From the NCBI GenBank assembly GCA_000092065.1, contig CP000583.1: DNA of 64,000 nucleotides; one strand, given 5' to 3'. Of this stretch, positions 20,742 through 29,999 are shown piece by piece; position 1 is the first letter of the stretch; every line of letters begins with the position of its first letter. The stretch comes from Ostreococcus lucimarinus (taxonomy: Eukaryota). The position numbers were made by a program, and so were the translations under genes. The notes beneath the pieces were generated by a model. That model was given only the letters and a program-made list of their open reading frames with translations. It searched no databases and had not been told where the DNA came from.

Positions 20742-21839
20742 ATGGCGAGCGACGCGAAGGGCTTGACGCAGCTGTCGCTGATGGGCGGGAAGATCGCGAA
20801 GGGCGACACCGCGCGGGCGACGAAGGCGTACGAGGATTACTTTAAACACGAAGACGATTCGACGCGCACGGGGAACTACGCGGACGTGGTGAACAAGTAC
20901 TACGATCTCGCGACGTCGTTTTACGAGTACGGATGGGGGGAGTCGTTTCACTTCGCGCATCGGTACCGATGGGAGACGCTGCGGGAGTCGATCGCGAGGC
21001 ACGAGCATTACTTGGCGAGCAAGCTCGGCGTGCGAGGAGGGGATAAAGTGCTGGACGTCGGGTGCGGCGTCGGTGGACCGCTGCGAGAGATCGCGGCGTT
21101 CACGGGAGCGTCGGTGACGGGGTTGAATAATAATGCGTTTCAAATCTCGCGCGGGGAGACGATGAATCGAAGAACCGGACGACACGACGACTGCGACTTC
21201 GTCAAGGCGGATTTCATGAACATTCCCAAGCCGGATAACACCTACGACGGGGTGTATCAGATCGAGGCCACGTGCCACGCGCCCGATGCGGTGGGTTGTT
21301 ACTCTGAAATATTTCGCGTGTTGAAACCGGGGGGGATTTTCGCGTCGTACGAATGGTGCCTTACGGATGAATACGACGAAAAGAACCCCGAACACCGGGC
21401 GATTCGTCAAGATATCTTGCTCGGGAACGGTTTGCCGACGGCTAGAACGACGCACGAAGTCTTGGATGCGTTGAAAAAGGCTGGGTTTGAAATCCTCGAA
21501 GAAGAAGATTTGGTGAAAACCGCGGATATTCCGTGGTACGAACCGATCGACCCGTACCGCCGTTGGTCGCCGTTTCGCGACTTTTGGTCGTTCAAGACGA
21601 CGTCGTGGGGTCGTAACATCACGCATTACTTCGTTCTCGCTCTCGAGAAGGTGGGCATCGCGCCCAAGGGTAGCGTGAACGTGAGTACGTTCTTGAAGAA
21701 GGGTGCAGACGCGCTCGTTGCTGGGGGTAAGACGGGAACCTACACGGTGATGTACCTCACCGTCGCGCGCAAGCCGGAAGTTTCAAAGAAACTCAAGAAG
21801 TCCTTTTCCCGCAAGGCGTCGAGCGCGGCGGCTCAGTAG
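20742..21839 (+). CDS. SMT1: sterol 24-C-methyltransferase (SMT1/ERG6 family)
   Basis: From MASDAKG: YEDYFKHEDD...NKYYDLATSFYEYGWGESFHFAHRY and the SAM-binding VLDVGCGVGGP...YSEIFRVLKPGG, both classic for SMT1. The upstream part of ORF 20175.. is antisense of nicotinamidase. Confidence 0.9.
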   Translation: MASDAKGLTQLSLMGGKIAKGDTARATKAYEDYFKHEDDSTRTGNYADVVNKYYDLATSFYEYGWGESFHFAHRYRWETLRESIARHEHYLASKLGVRGGDKVLDVGCGVGGPLREIAAFTGASVTGLNNNAFQISRGETMNRRTGRHDDCDFVKADFMNIPKPDNTYDGVYQIEATCHAPDAVGCYSEIFRVLKPGGIFASYEWCLTDEYDEKNPEHRAIRQDILLGNGLPTARTTHEVLDALKKAGFEILEEEDLVKTADIPWYEPIDPYRRWSPFRDFWSFKTTSWGRNITHYFVLALEKVGIAPKGSVNVSTFLKKGADALVAGGKTGTYTVMYLTVARKPEVSKKLKKSFSRKASSAAAQ

Positions 21840-21966
21840 GCGACATGTAGATGTTATTTACAATGTTTCGTCTGTTTCATACCGCATACGGGGTACCAGT
21901 AGCCCGTTCATTATAATTATGCGTGCGTTTGTGATGTGCTTTTGCTCTTTTTTGGCGGGGCGATCC

Positions 21967-24030
21967 TTAAAGCTCGGTGCCGATGGACGCTTCAGCGTTC
22001 GCAATCGACACCTCCTTAACACTCGAAGCCCTTGCTAAAGTTTCCTTAATGGTTGCATCGCGCACCGCGTCGACTGCATCTTGCTGAGAAGCCGCGTTCG
22101 AGGCTTCTTTTTCAGCCTTCTTCTCGGCAATGGAGACTTGTTGCTCGAGCGCCTTTGCCGCCTTCGCGACTTCTTTCTCTGCCTTGGCTTCCTTTTCGGC
22201 TTGAATCTTCGCGGCTTCCTCGGCCTTGGCTTCAGCTTCTTGCTTCGCCTTGGCTTCTTCGGCAGCTTTTTTGGCTTCTTCGGCAGCCTTGCGAAGTAGT
22301 ACCTCTTGTTTTGCTTCATTTTCCTCTCGAATCGCGACTTGTCGAGCCTTCTCCGCCGCCTCGGCGGCTTCCTTTGCCTTGACTTCGGCTTCTTCCGCTT
22401 CCTTCATTTTCGCTTCAGCTTCAGCCTTGGAGACTTCGGCTTCTTTCTGGCTCGCATCTGCTTGGGAGAAATCGACCTCAGGAACCTCGATCACCTCTTC
22501 TGCTTCGGGCTCTTCAGCTGCGTCGCGGATTTGACGCGCCTTCACCGCTTTGATTGTCTTGTGCGCTTCGGTGACGATCGCACAGGCATTTTCAATCGCC
22601 ACAATGATAAATGAGTGGAAAGTGGAATCTTTCTTGATAAACAAATTATCAAAGCTCTCCTTGTGCGCGTTCAAATCTGCCACTGAGCGTTCTTTAGCGA
22701 TCGTGACGGCGTCTTGTGCGTCCTTGAGCGCGCCATTCCACGCCGCCTTATCATCGTTAAACTTGGCAAGTTTGTCGCCGATGGGCGGCATGACGAAGTT
22801 TGGCGCTTTACTTTTGTAAACGTTTTCTGCTCTTTCAAGAGCTCGTTCAGCTTTGACGATGTCAGACAACGACTTGACGTATGCAGTGGAATGAGAGGAG
22901 ACCGTGTTGCACTCCGTGTGAACGACTTGCTCGAACTCTTCGACCATGCGCTTGAATTCCTCGACGTCGATCTCACTCGTCAGAGCTTGAATCTTATCGT
23001 GAATCTCGGCCGCCGCTTTTTTCAGAGACTTGAAACCGTCGATCTTTTTGCATAATTCATCAGCGAAAATATTCATGCGATCCGGCCCGAAGATGAGTTT
23101 AATATACGGCACAAAATCTTGGAAGATGAGCGCCAAAGCCATGCCGTGACGCTTCATTTCGTCCAGTTTTGCGTTAATTTCGTTCAACTGCTCCGGAAGA
23201 CCGTTATCAACGATGGCATTTTTGGCGGCAGTGATGGCATCTGCAGCCGTGTAAGTGCGCTTCTTCAGCTTGGCATACGCAACAGAGTTGGCGCGCTCGA
23301 ACTTGGCCGCGGTGGCGATGGCCTCCTCACCCGTTCGCTCCCGCTTTTGCATGCACTTTTTCGCGAAATTTTCGAGCTCGGTAATCGTGCGCTTGAACAA
23401 CGGAACGAGAATCGATTCAACCTTGCCAGCGCACTCATTGATAGCCTTCTTCGCTTCTTGTAGCTTGATTTCCATCTCACCCTTCTTGATAGCGTTCTTT
23501 TCCTCATCCTTCGATGTCTTCAAAGCAAACCTGTAATCGTATTCGGACTTTTCGTACAGCTCGTACACGTTCCAAGCTTCTTCGATGACATCGATCGTCT
23601 CATCAATGCCTTCGATGAACGTCTCAGTCATGAAATTGACGTATTCGGCGTGCGCGGCGGAGGCGTTTTGCACTTGAAGCGCCACGTTTCGCAGTCGCTT
23701 CGAGCATTCCTCATTCGCATGGCAGTATTTACTCCAATGCATGAGCACGCTGTAATCCAACGGCAACGTCCCCGCCGACCACGCTTTCCAAAGCGCGATC
23801 TGTTCAAAAAGCATCTCTCGAATCACGCTCAGCCGCTTCGCCTTCGCCGCCGTCTCGGCGTCGAATTCGCACTTCACCAGCGCGTACTTGGTCAACTTCG
23901 CCTTCCGAGCCGCTTTCGCCGCCGCCGCGGACGACGCGCCGAGTCCATTCGACCATTGCGTTCCCGCGGCCGTCGCCAGCGTCCGCGCCTTATCCGCCGC
24001 CGCGTCCGGCAGCGAGTAACAGATTCCCAT
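21967..24030 (-). CDS. hypothetical long coiled-coil protein with N-terminal MGxxxS/C acylation motif and a Glu/Lys/Ala-rich C-terminal region
   Basis: 687 aa. The N-terminus MGICYSLP has G2, C4 and S6, a myristoylation/palmitoylation-type context. Most of the protein is predicted coiled coil, and the last ~170 aa are KAKEAAEAAEKARQ...-type low complexity. Its GC is lower than the flanks, and I recognise no conserved enzymatic domain. Confidence 0.55.
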   Translation of the reverse strand: MGICYSLPDAAADKARTLATAAGTQWSNGLGASSAAAAKAARKAKLTKYALVKCEFDAETAAKAKRLSVIREMLFEQIALWKAWSAGTLPLDYSVLMHWSKYCHANEECSKRLRNVALQVQNASAAHAEYVNFMTETFIEGIDETIDVIEEAWNVYELYEKSEYDYRFALKTSKDEEKNAIKKGEMEIKLQEAKKAINECAGKVESILVPLFKRTITELENFAKKCMQKRERTGEEAIATAAKFERANSVAYAKLKKRTYTAADAITAAKNAIVDNGLPEQLNEINAKLDEMKRHGMALALIFQDFVPYIKLIFGPDRMNIFADELCKKIDGFKSLKKAAAEIHDKIQALTSEIDVEEFKRMVEEFEQVVHTECNTVSSHSTAYVKSLSDIVKAERALERAENVYKSKAPNFVMPPIGDKLAKFNDDKAAWNGALKDAQDAVTIAKERSVADLNAHKESFDNLFIKKDSTFHSFIIVAIENACAIVTEAHKTIKAVKARQIRDAAEEPEAEEVIEVPEVDFSQADASQKEAEVSKAEAEAKMKEAEEAEVKAKEAAEAAEKARQVAIREENEAKQEVLLRKAAEEAKKAAEEAKAKQEAEAKAEEAAKIQAEKEAKAEKEVAKAAKALEQQVSIAEKKAEKEASNAASQQDAVDAVRDATIKETLARASSVKEVSIANAEASIGTEL

Positions 24031-24282
24031 CCTCGCGCGCGATCGAGATCCCGATCGCGATTTCGATCCGATTCAACGCCGACCTCGATCGACGCGTTCG
24101 ACGCGTTCGCGCGCGCGTCGCGGCGAAGTTCGGTGCGTTCGGCGCGAGCTCTCTCGGCGTCGAGCGCGCGCGGGCGTCGGCGTCGGCGCGCGTCGCGATT
24201 TGACGCGCTCGCCCCGCGGGCGTCGCGTCGTGCCGCGCATCGCGGCGCGCCGCGCGCGCGCCGACGCCCGCGGCGACGCGAC
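24031..24282. promoter_or_regulatory. putative bidirectional promoter (coiled-coil gene <-> TAD3)
   Basis: Divergent start codons about 250 bp apart. Confidence 0.25.
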
Positions 24283-25323
24283 ATGCCGGCGCGAACGTCG
24301 CTGGACGCGCGCGCGCCGCGCGGGATCCCGGCGAAGGCGCCGCGGGACGCGGACGCGGCGTTGCCGACGCGAAGATGCGTCGTGGCGACGGGAATTCCCG
24401 CGCGCGCGACGTCGGCGGTGCTCGCGAGCGCGCGGGCGGCGGCGCCGCTTCCGGCGTCGTTGGCGCACGTGAAGCGCGCGCGGGCGAGCGCGCGGACGAA
24501 GGGGACGACGGAGGTGGTGGTGAAGTTGGCGAGCGAGGGCGCGAGCGCGAGCGCGCGGGGAGACGCGGAAAGCGACGCCGCGGTGCGCGCGGACGTGCTG
24601 GAACGTCACGCGGATGTGATCGCGAGCGTCGTGTACGCAGACGTGCCCGCGGAAGGGCCGGAGGATAGGGAGACGTGGGAGAAGGCGTGCGCGATTTGGC
24701 CGGTGAGTTTGACGGCGCCGGCGGAACGCGAGACGGAGACGCCGAGCGACGAGGAGGCGGCGTATTTTAGAAAGTGGACGAAGCAGGCGTGCGAGGGGGC
24801 GAAAATGAGTGGAAATTGTGCGATTATAGTTGATCCAGCGCGTGATGTTGAGATCGCCCGGGGCGTGGATGAGTCGGCGACGCATCCGTTGCGACACGCC
24901 GTCATCGCCGCGGTCGATCTCGCGGCGAAGCGGGACGTCGCGATGTATCCGGAAAAGGAGCACGTAGAGGCTTTGATCGAGGCGAGACGGATGGAAAAGC
25001 TCGAACGCGACGCGCTCGAGATCGCGGGGGTTGGAGACGACGCAAAAAAACGGAAGCGCGAAGTACAAACGAAGGGCTCGGCGATGACAGAAATCATGGG
25101 TCGCCCGTACCTGTGCACGGGATACGACGTGTTTTTAGCGCGAGAGCCGTGCATCATGTGCGCGATGGGGCTCGTGCATTCGAGACTGAAACGCGTGGTA
25201 TTTGCCGTGTGCGATAATATCAATGGCGCGCTCAGCGGACCGAGTGGCATTCGCCGTCTACACGGCGTACGGAGCTTGAATCATCATTATAGCGTGTTTT
25301 CGTTCGATGCGGAAGAGATTTAG
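24283..25323 (+). CDS. TAD3: tRNA-specific adenosine-34 deaminase subunit TAD3/ADAT3-like (CDA-fold)
   Basis: From MPARTS (24283). The C-terminal deaminase-like zinc motif PCIMCAMGLVHSRLKRVVFAV with an upstream HPLRHAVIAAVD indicates the TAD3/ADAT3 pattern, which lacks the catalytic Glu. The upstream part of ORF 23650.. overlaps the antisense coiled-coil gene. Confidence 0.6.
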   Translation: MPARTSLDARAPRGIPAKAPRDADAALPTRRCVVATGIPARATSAVLASARAAAPLPASLAHVKRARASARTKGTTEVVVKLASEGASASARGDAESDAAVRADVLERHADVIASVVYADVPAEGPEDRETWEKACAIWPVSLTAPAERETETPSDEEAAYFRKWTKQACEGAKMSGNCAIIVDPARDVEIARGVDESATHPLRHAVIAAVDLAAKRDVAMYPEKEHVEALIEARRMEKLERDALEIAGVGDDAKKRKREVQTKGSAMTEIMGRPYLCTGYDVFLAREPCIMCAMGLVHSRLKRVVFAVCDNINGALSGPSGIRRLHGVRSLNHHYSVFSFDAEEI

Positions 25324-25381
25324 AAACCGTCGAAAAATATTAGTGTTATAGCAGTTGTATTCTAGATATAGGTCAAAACGG

Positions 25382-27345
25382 TCACAAGTCCGTGATGCAG
25401 CCTTCCGAAGCGCTGGCGACGAGCTTGCAGTACTTGTAGAGCGTACCCGACGTCGCTTCCAAAGGCGGCGCCTTCCACGCCGCTCGACGCTTTTCCCACT
25501 CGGCGTCGGTGACATCCGGCGCGTTGATGGTGCGAACTTCGGCATCAATTTCGATGATATCACCGTCCTTGATCAAACCGATGTTACCACCAACTTGCGC
25601 TTCCGGCGTAACGTGACCGATGACGAAACCGTGCGAGCCACCGGAGAATCGACCATCCGTGATGAGCGCGCAGTCGTTCCCGAGACCGGCACCCATGATG
25701 GCCGACGTCGGCGTGAGCATCTCCGGCATGCCCGGACCACCCTTCGGACCTTCGTAGCGAATGACGATGACGCTACCCTTGAAAGACTCGGAGTCTGCCG
25801 CCAAGGCCTCGAGCATTTCCTCTTCGCTATCGTAGCACTTCGCGAAGCCTTTAAAGTACAAGCCTTCCTTACCGGTGATCTTCGCCACGGAGCCTCCCTG
25901 GGCGATGTTGCCGTACAAGCATTGCAAGTGACCAGTCTTCTTGATGGGCGTGCTCACCGGGAGAATAACATCTTGCCCCGGCGTCAAATCCGGGCAGATG
26001 GCGAGGTTCTCGGCGAGGGTCTTACCGGTGACAGTCATGCAAGAACCGTCAATCATGCCTTCAGACATCAAATACTTCAACACCGCCGGAGTGCCGCCAA
26101 CCTTGTGGACGTCCTCCATGACGTACTTACCGGACGGCTTTAAGTCAGCGATGAACGGCGTCTTGTTGGAGACGGCTTGGAAGTCGTCCAGAGTCAATTT
26201 GATGCCGACAGAGTGCGCCATCGCGATCAAGTGAAGAACCGCGTTGGTGGAACCGCCGAGAGCGATGACGGTGACCATGGCGTTTTCGAACGCCGCGCGA
26301 GTCATGATGTCACGCGGCTTCAGGTCGATTTCGAGCAAATGCTTCATCGCAGCGCCAGCCATGAAACATTCATCCATCTTGAGAGGATCTTCCGCGGGAA
26401 TGGAGGAAGAATACGGAAGAGTCATGCCGAGAGCCTCGATGCAGCTGGCCATGGTGTTGGCGGTGTACATGCCGCCGCACGCGCCAGAGCCCGGGCAAGA
26501 GTTACGCACGATGTCTTTGCGCTGTTCCTCCGTGATAGCGCCGGTAACGAACTGTCCGTACGATTGGAACGCGGATACGATATCGAGTGTGCCACCATCC
26601 ACGGCGGAGTGGCCAGGGCGAATGGTACCGCCGTAAATCATCAGCGACGGGCGGTTCAATCGACCCATGGCCATGATCGTACCCGGCATGTTCTTATCGC
26701 ACCCCGGGAGAGAAATATTTCCGTCGTACCACTGTCCACCCATCACGGTCTCGATGCTATCCGCGATCAAATCCCGCGATTGCAACGAGAAGGACATGCC
26801 CGGCGTACCCATGGAAATCCCGTCCGACACCCCCACGGTGTTAAACTGAAAGCTCACCATATCCGCCGCCTTGACGCCTTCCGCCACTTTACCCGCCAGG
26901 TCCAGCAAGTGTTTGTTACAAGGGTTTCCCTGCCACCACACCGAGGACACGCCGATCTAGCGCCAACGACACGCGATTCCTTTCGTCAGTCGAGCCGTCG
27001 CCGCGCGTCTTCGCGCATTCCCTTCGCTTCGCTCGCGCGCACCTGCGGTTTGTTCATATCGGCCTCCGTCAGGCCCGTGGCGTACAGCATCGCCTGCGAC
27101 GCTCCTTGGCTCTTCGGTTGCGTGATCTTTCTCGACCACTTGTTCAAATCGCTCGCGTCGCCGTCGGGCATGATGACACCCGGTTGGTGCGCCGACGCGC
27201 GAACGGCGCGGCTTTTACGCGTCGCGGCGCGCGCGCGGGCGGGCGCGCACGCGGGAGCGATGCATTGCGCGGCGAACGGCATGTTACTGGCGAGTGAGCG
27301 CGAGTCGGCGCGAAACGCGGCGCGGAGTGGCGCCGATGGCGACAT
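25382..27345 (-). CDS. ILVD: dihydroxy-acid dehydratase (ILVD), two exons with organellar-type leader
   Basis: Exon 2 (25382..26956) contains [32 protein letters not shown] and the rest of DHAD. Exon 1 (27043 up to about 27282-27417) reads ...[35 protein letters not shown]. Intron 26957..27042 is 86 nt, with donor CCGCAG|GTGCGCGCGAGC and acceptor GGCGCTAG|ATCGGCGTG, both phase 0. The junction gives ...KPQ|[14 protein letters not shown], matching the DHAD consensus KPQIGISSVWYEGNTCN. The start Met is uncertain. Confidence 0.85.
26957..27042 (-). other. spliceosomal intron (86 nt, GT..AG) in the DHAD gene
   Basis: It restores collinearity with the conserved DHAD N-terminus. The frame and phase were checked against both ORF-track frames. 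Confidence 0.75.
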
Positions 27346-27410
27346 ACAGTTTACTTTTAGTGAGGGTTTCTCGCGCGAGGGCGAGACGGAGCTGTCGGCG
27401 AAGACGCCGA

Positions 27411-27449
27411 GAATCAAAGAAACAAAGAATCAAAGAATCAAGAGTCAAA
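27411..27449. repeat. AT-rich (AATCAAAG)-like repeat island
   Basis: The sequence gaatcaaagaaacaaagaatcaaagaatcaagagtcaaatcacaagg lies directly downstream of the MetAP1 stop and upstream of the DHAD start. It is an unusually AT-rich patch in a ~70% GC context and could be a poly(A) signal or promoter element. Confidence 0.5.
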
Positions 27450-28541
27450 TCACAAGGACGCGGCGGCCAAGCGACCGGTCAATAAATCAACGTCGACGTC
27501 GTCTTCGCCGATGAAAGGAAAGACGGCGGGGGAAGAGGGAAGACGAGCGGTGAGGACTTCGACGCCGTCGTCGGTGCACACCATGGTGTGCTCGTACTGC
27601 GCGCTTCGAGAACCGTCGCGGGTGACGGCGGTCCAGCCGTCGGGCCAGGTGATATCGCGCCAGTCGCCGAGGTTGATCATGGGCTCGATCGTGAAAGAGT
27701 GACCTTTTTTCATCGCGCCCACGGCTTTGTTGTTGGCGTAATGCGGAACGTTCGGGGCGCAGTGGAAGAGAGTGTTGATGCCGTGGCCGCAGTACGTCTT
27801 CACGACGGAACAGTTGTTTCGAGTGGCGTGTCCGGTGACGACGTCACCGATATCTCGATAGCGCGCGCCGGGTTTGACGGTGTCGATCCCTCGCCACAGG
27901 CACTCCAAAGCGACTTTGAGCAAGTGCTTTGATTTTTCATCTACGTCCTCGGGCTTGCCCACGAGGACGGTTTCGTTCAAGTCGCCGTGGTAGCCGTAAA
28001 TGTACGCCGTGACATCAATGTTCACGATATCCCCTTTTTCGAGCGGACGCGCGTCAGGAATACCGTGACAAATCACCTCGTTCACGGAGATGCAACAAGA
28101 CTTCGGAAAGCCGTAATAGTTGAGCGGCGACGGATACCCGCCGTGCGCGGTGATGTAGTTGTGGCAGATGCGATCGAGTTCGTCGGGAACGACGCCCGGG
28201 CGAATCGCGCGAACGACCGCGTCCAGCGCGCCTCGCGACACAATGCAACACTTGTGCAACAATTCCTTCTCGCTCGCGCTCAACTCGTGCATGACTTGTT
28301 GTAAACGAGACTCGGCTTCAGATTTCGGATACGACGTCTCGGCGTAATCCGTCTTCTCCACGTCCGCCGGCACGGGAAGCAACCCTCGAAAGTACCGCTC
28401 GTCGTGAGAAATCTTCGCCGGTCGCAAATCCCCGGTCCACTTAAAGTTTGGCAGCGTTTCGCTCCGCCCCGAACCTTTATCCGCGCAATACAACCACTGC
28501 GTCTCCTTCGTCGGCGCCTCCGGCGTACTCTTCGGCTTCAT
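27450..28541 (-). CDS. MAP1: methionine aminopeptidase type 1 (organellar-type MAP1, no N-terminal zinc finger)
   Basis: The C-terminal 363 aa of ORF 27450..29600, from MKPKSTPEAP, contain the full pita-bread fold: HGIPDARPLEKGDIVNIDVT, YHGDLNET, GHGINTLFHCAPNVPHY, FTIEPMIN and YEHTMVCTDDG. The N-terminal ~350 aa of the ORF are Arg/Ala-rich and non-coding-like. Confidence 0.85.
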   Translation of the reverse strand: MKPKSTPEAPTKETQWLYCADKGSGRSETLPNFKWTGDLRPAKISHDERYFRGLLPVPADVEKTDYAETSYPKSEAESRLQQVMHELSASEKELLHKCCIVSRGALDAVVRAIRPGVVPDELDRICHNYITAHGGYPSPLNYYGFPKSCCISVNEVICHGIPDARPLEKGDIVNIDVTAYIYGYHGDLNETVLVGKPEDVDEKSKHLLKVALECLWRGIDTVKPGARYRDIGDVVTGHATRNNCSVVKTYCGHGINTLFHCAPNVPHYANNKAVGAMKKGHSFTIEPMINLGDWRDITWPDGWTAVTRDGSRSAQYEHTMVCTDDGVEVLTARLPSSPAVFPFIGEDDVDVDLLTGRLAAASL

Positions 28542-29100
28542 CGCCCATATCGACGGCGCCGCCGGATCGCACACGCGCGCGTCCATCTCCAACTTACCCT
28601 TCCTAACTACTCCAAACCGCACGACGTTCGTCGAGCACGCCAACCCAACGCTCACGATCACCCCGAACGCGTCTTCGCCGTCGTCGCCCGCCGCGCACGC
28701 CCTCGCGTACGCCCTCGCGTCCTCCCTCTCCAGCCCGCACCCGATCGCGTCCTCCGCGTCGCTCGCGCCGACCATCCGCGCCTTTCGCGCGATCCCTCGC
28801 GCGCGCATCTCCGCGCTCTGCGTCGTCGACATCTCCAGCGCGCGCGTCAGCGCCTCCATCGCCGCGCGCGGGGCTTCGAAGAAGACGGCGCGCGCGCGCG
28901 CGCCATCGTCGTCCCCGCGCGCGCGCCTCGCGGCGTCCACGAGCGCGCGCGCGACGTCCGGATCCGAGAAGAGCGTCTCGCAGAACTTTTCCGCGGTTCG
29001 CGCGGCGTCGCGCGCGGCGTCGCGCATCGCCGGCGTCGCCATCGCGTCGAAAAGTGGCGCGCGTGTCCCGACGGCGCGGCACACCGCGACGGCGCGCGCG

Positions 29101-29934
29101 ATGGCGACGATCGCGCGCGACGGCGCGCGCGCGACGCGGGCGAACGTCGTCGGACGATCGGGCGTCGCGCGAGGCGCGCGAGGCGCGCGCGCGCGGACGC
29201 GAAGACGGACGGGCGCGCGCGCGAACGGACGGACGAACGGGACGGACCGCGCGCGCGACGCGGCGTCGACGAGCGAGGCGAGCGAGGCGGCGGCGGACGT
29301 GTTCATCGCGTGCGTGCCGCTGGAGGGGATGGAGCGGATCGACGGCGCGATGTTCGGCGAACGAGGAGGGCCGGCGGGGACGTCGCACTGGATGGTGCTC
29401 GTGAGACACGCGGGCGACGAACACGCGGCGGTGTATGATTTTTTGCCGAAGACGCCGAAATCACCGTTCACGGCGGCGAAATTGCTGAGTGGGAACAGCG
29501 TGGAGGGCGTGGTGCGGTCGAGACGCTTGGCGGGGGTGCCGGGACGGCGGTGCTGTCGCGTGGGAGGGACGCGCGCGGGACTGGGCGGACGCATCGCCAT
29601 CGAAGCCGCGATCGCGGCGTTTCACGAGCGATGGGACGCGGACGCGCTGCGCTTGGGGACGAATGATTGTCGGAATCATTCGGTGGAGTTGGCGCGGTGG
29701 TTGACGTGCGATTACGGGTACGGAATAGAGGTTTCGAGCGACGCGAAGGGGACGCTGACGTGTCGGCGAACGGCGACGCCGGCGACGGAGGAGGAGGACG
29801 AAGACGAGGGCAGCGTGGAAATCGTTCCCGTCGACGTCGAACGCGTCTCGCGCGACGTCGCGACGAACGCGTCTTCCAAGGATCGAAAGAACAAGAAGCA
29901 GAAGAAGAAGAAATCGAGCGGCGGTCCGCGTTGA
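29101..29934 (+). CDS. hypothetical protein, possibly PPPDE/DeSI-like permuted papain-fold peptidase
   Basis: 277-aa ORF. The core has a His context (HWMVLVRHAGDEHAAVYDFLP) followed by a Cys context (LGTNDCRNHSVELARWL), reminiscent of PPPDE (H...NC.HF). It has an R/A-rich leader and a K-rich tail (KDRKNKKQKKKK). The assignment is weak. Confidence 0.35.
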   Translation: MATIARDGARATRANVVGRSGVARGARGARARTRRRTGARANGRTNGTDRARDAASTSEASEAAADVFIACVPLEGMERIDGAMFGERGGPAGTSHWMVLVRHAGDEHAAVYDFLPKTPKSPFTAAKLLSGNSVEGVVRSRRLAGVPGRRCCRVGGTRAGLGGRIAIEAAIAAFHERWDADALRLGTNDCRNHSVELARWLTCDYGYGIEVSSDAKGTLTCRRTATPATEEEDEDEGSVEIVPVDVERVSRDVATNASSKDRKNKKQKKKKSSGGPR

Positions 29935-29999
29935 ATTGAAAGTTGAAAAAGTGTAGTAACCACCGAGTTGTTCGTCGACATTCCACGCCGCGCCGCGCC

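Noticed and set aside
19842-21626. 594-aa minus-strand ORF, and a 554-aa plus-strand ORF spanning 20175..21839
   Set aside because: Only the C-terminal 238 aa (nicotinamidase) and the C-terminal 366 aa (SMT1) respectively are coding-like. The remainders are mutually antisense and Arg-rich, so the genes were trimmed to internal Met codons.
27450-29600. 716-aa ORF suggesting a giant MetAP fusion protein
   Set aside because: The N-terminal ~350 aa are Arg/Ala low-complexity with no MetAP1 zinc-finger motifs. The conserved MAP1 catalytic domain starts at the Met at 28541.
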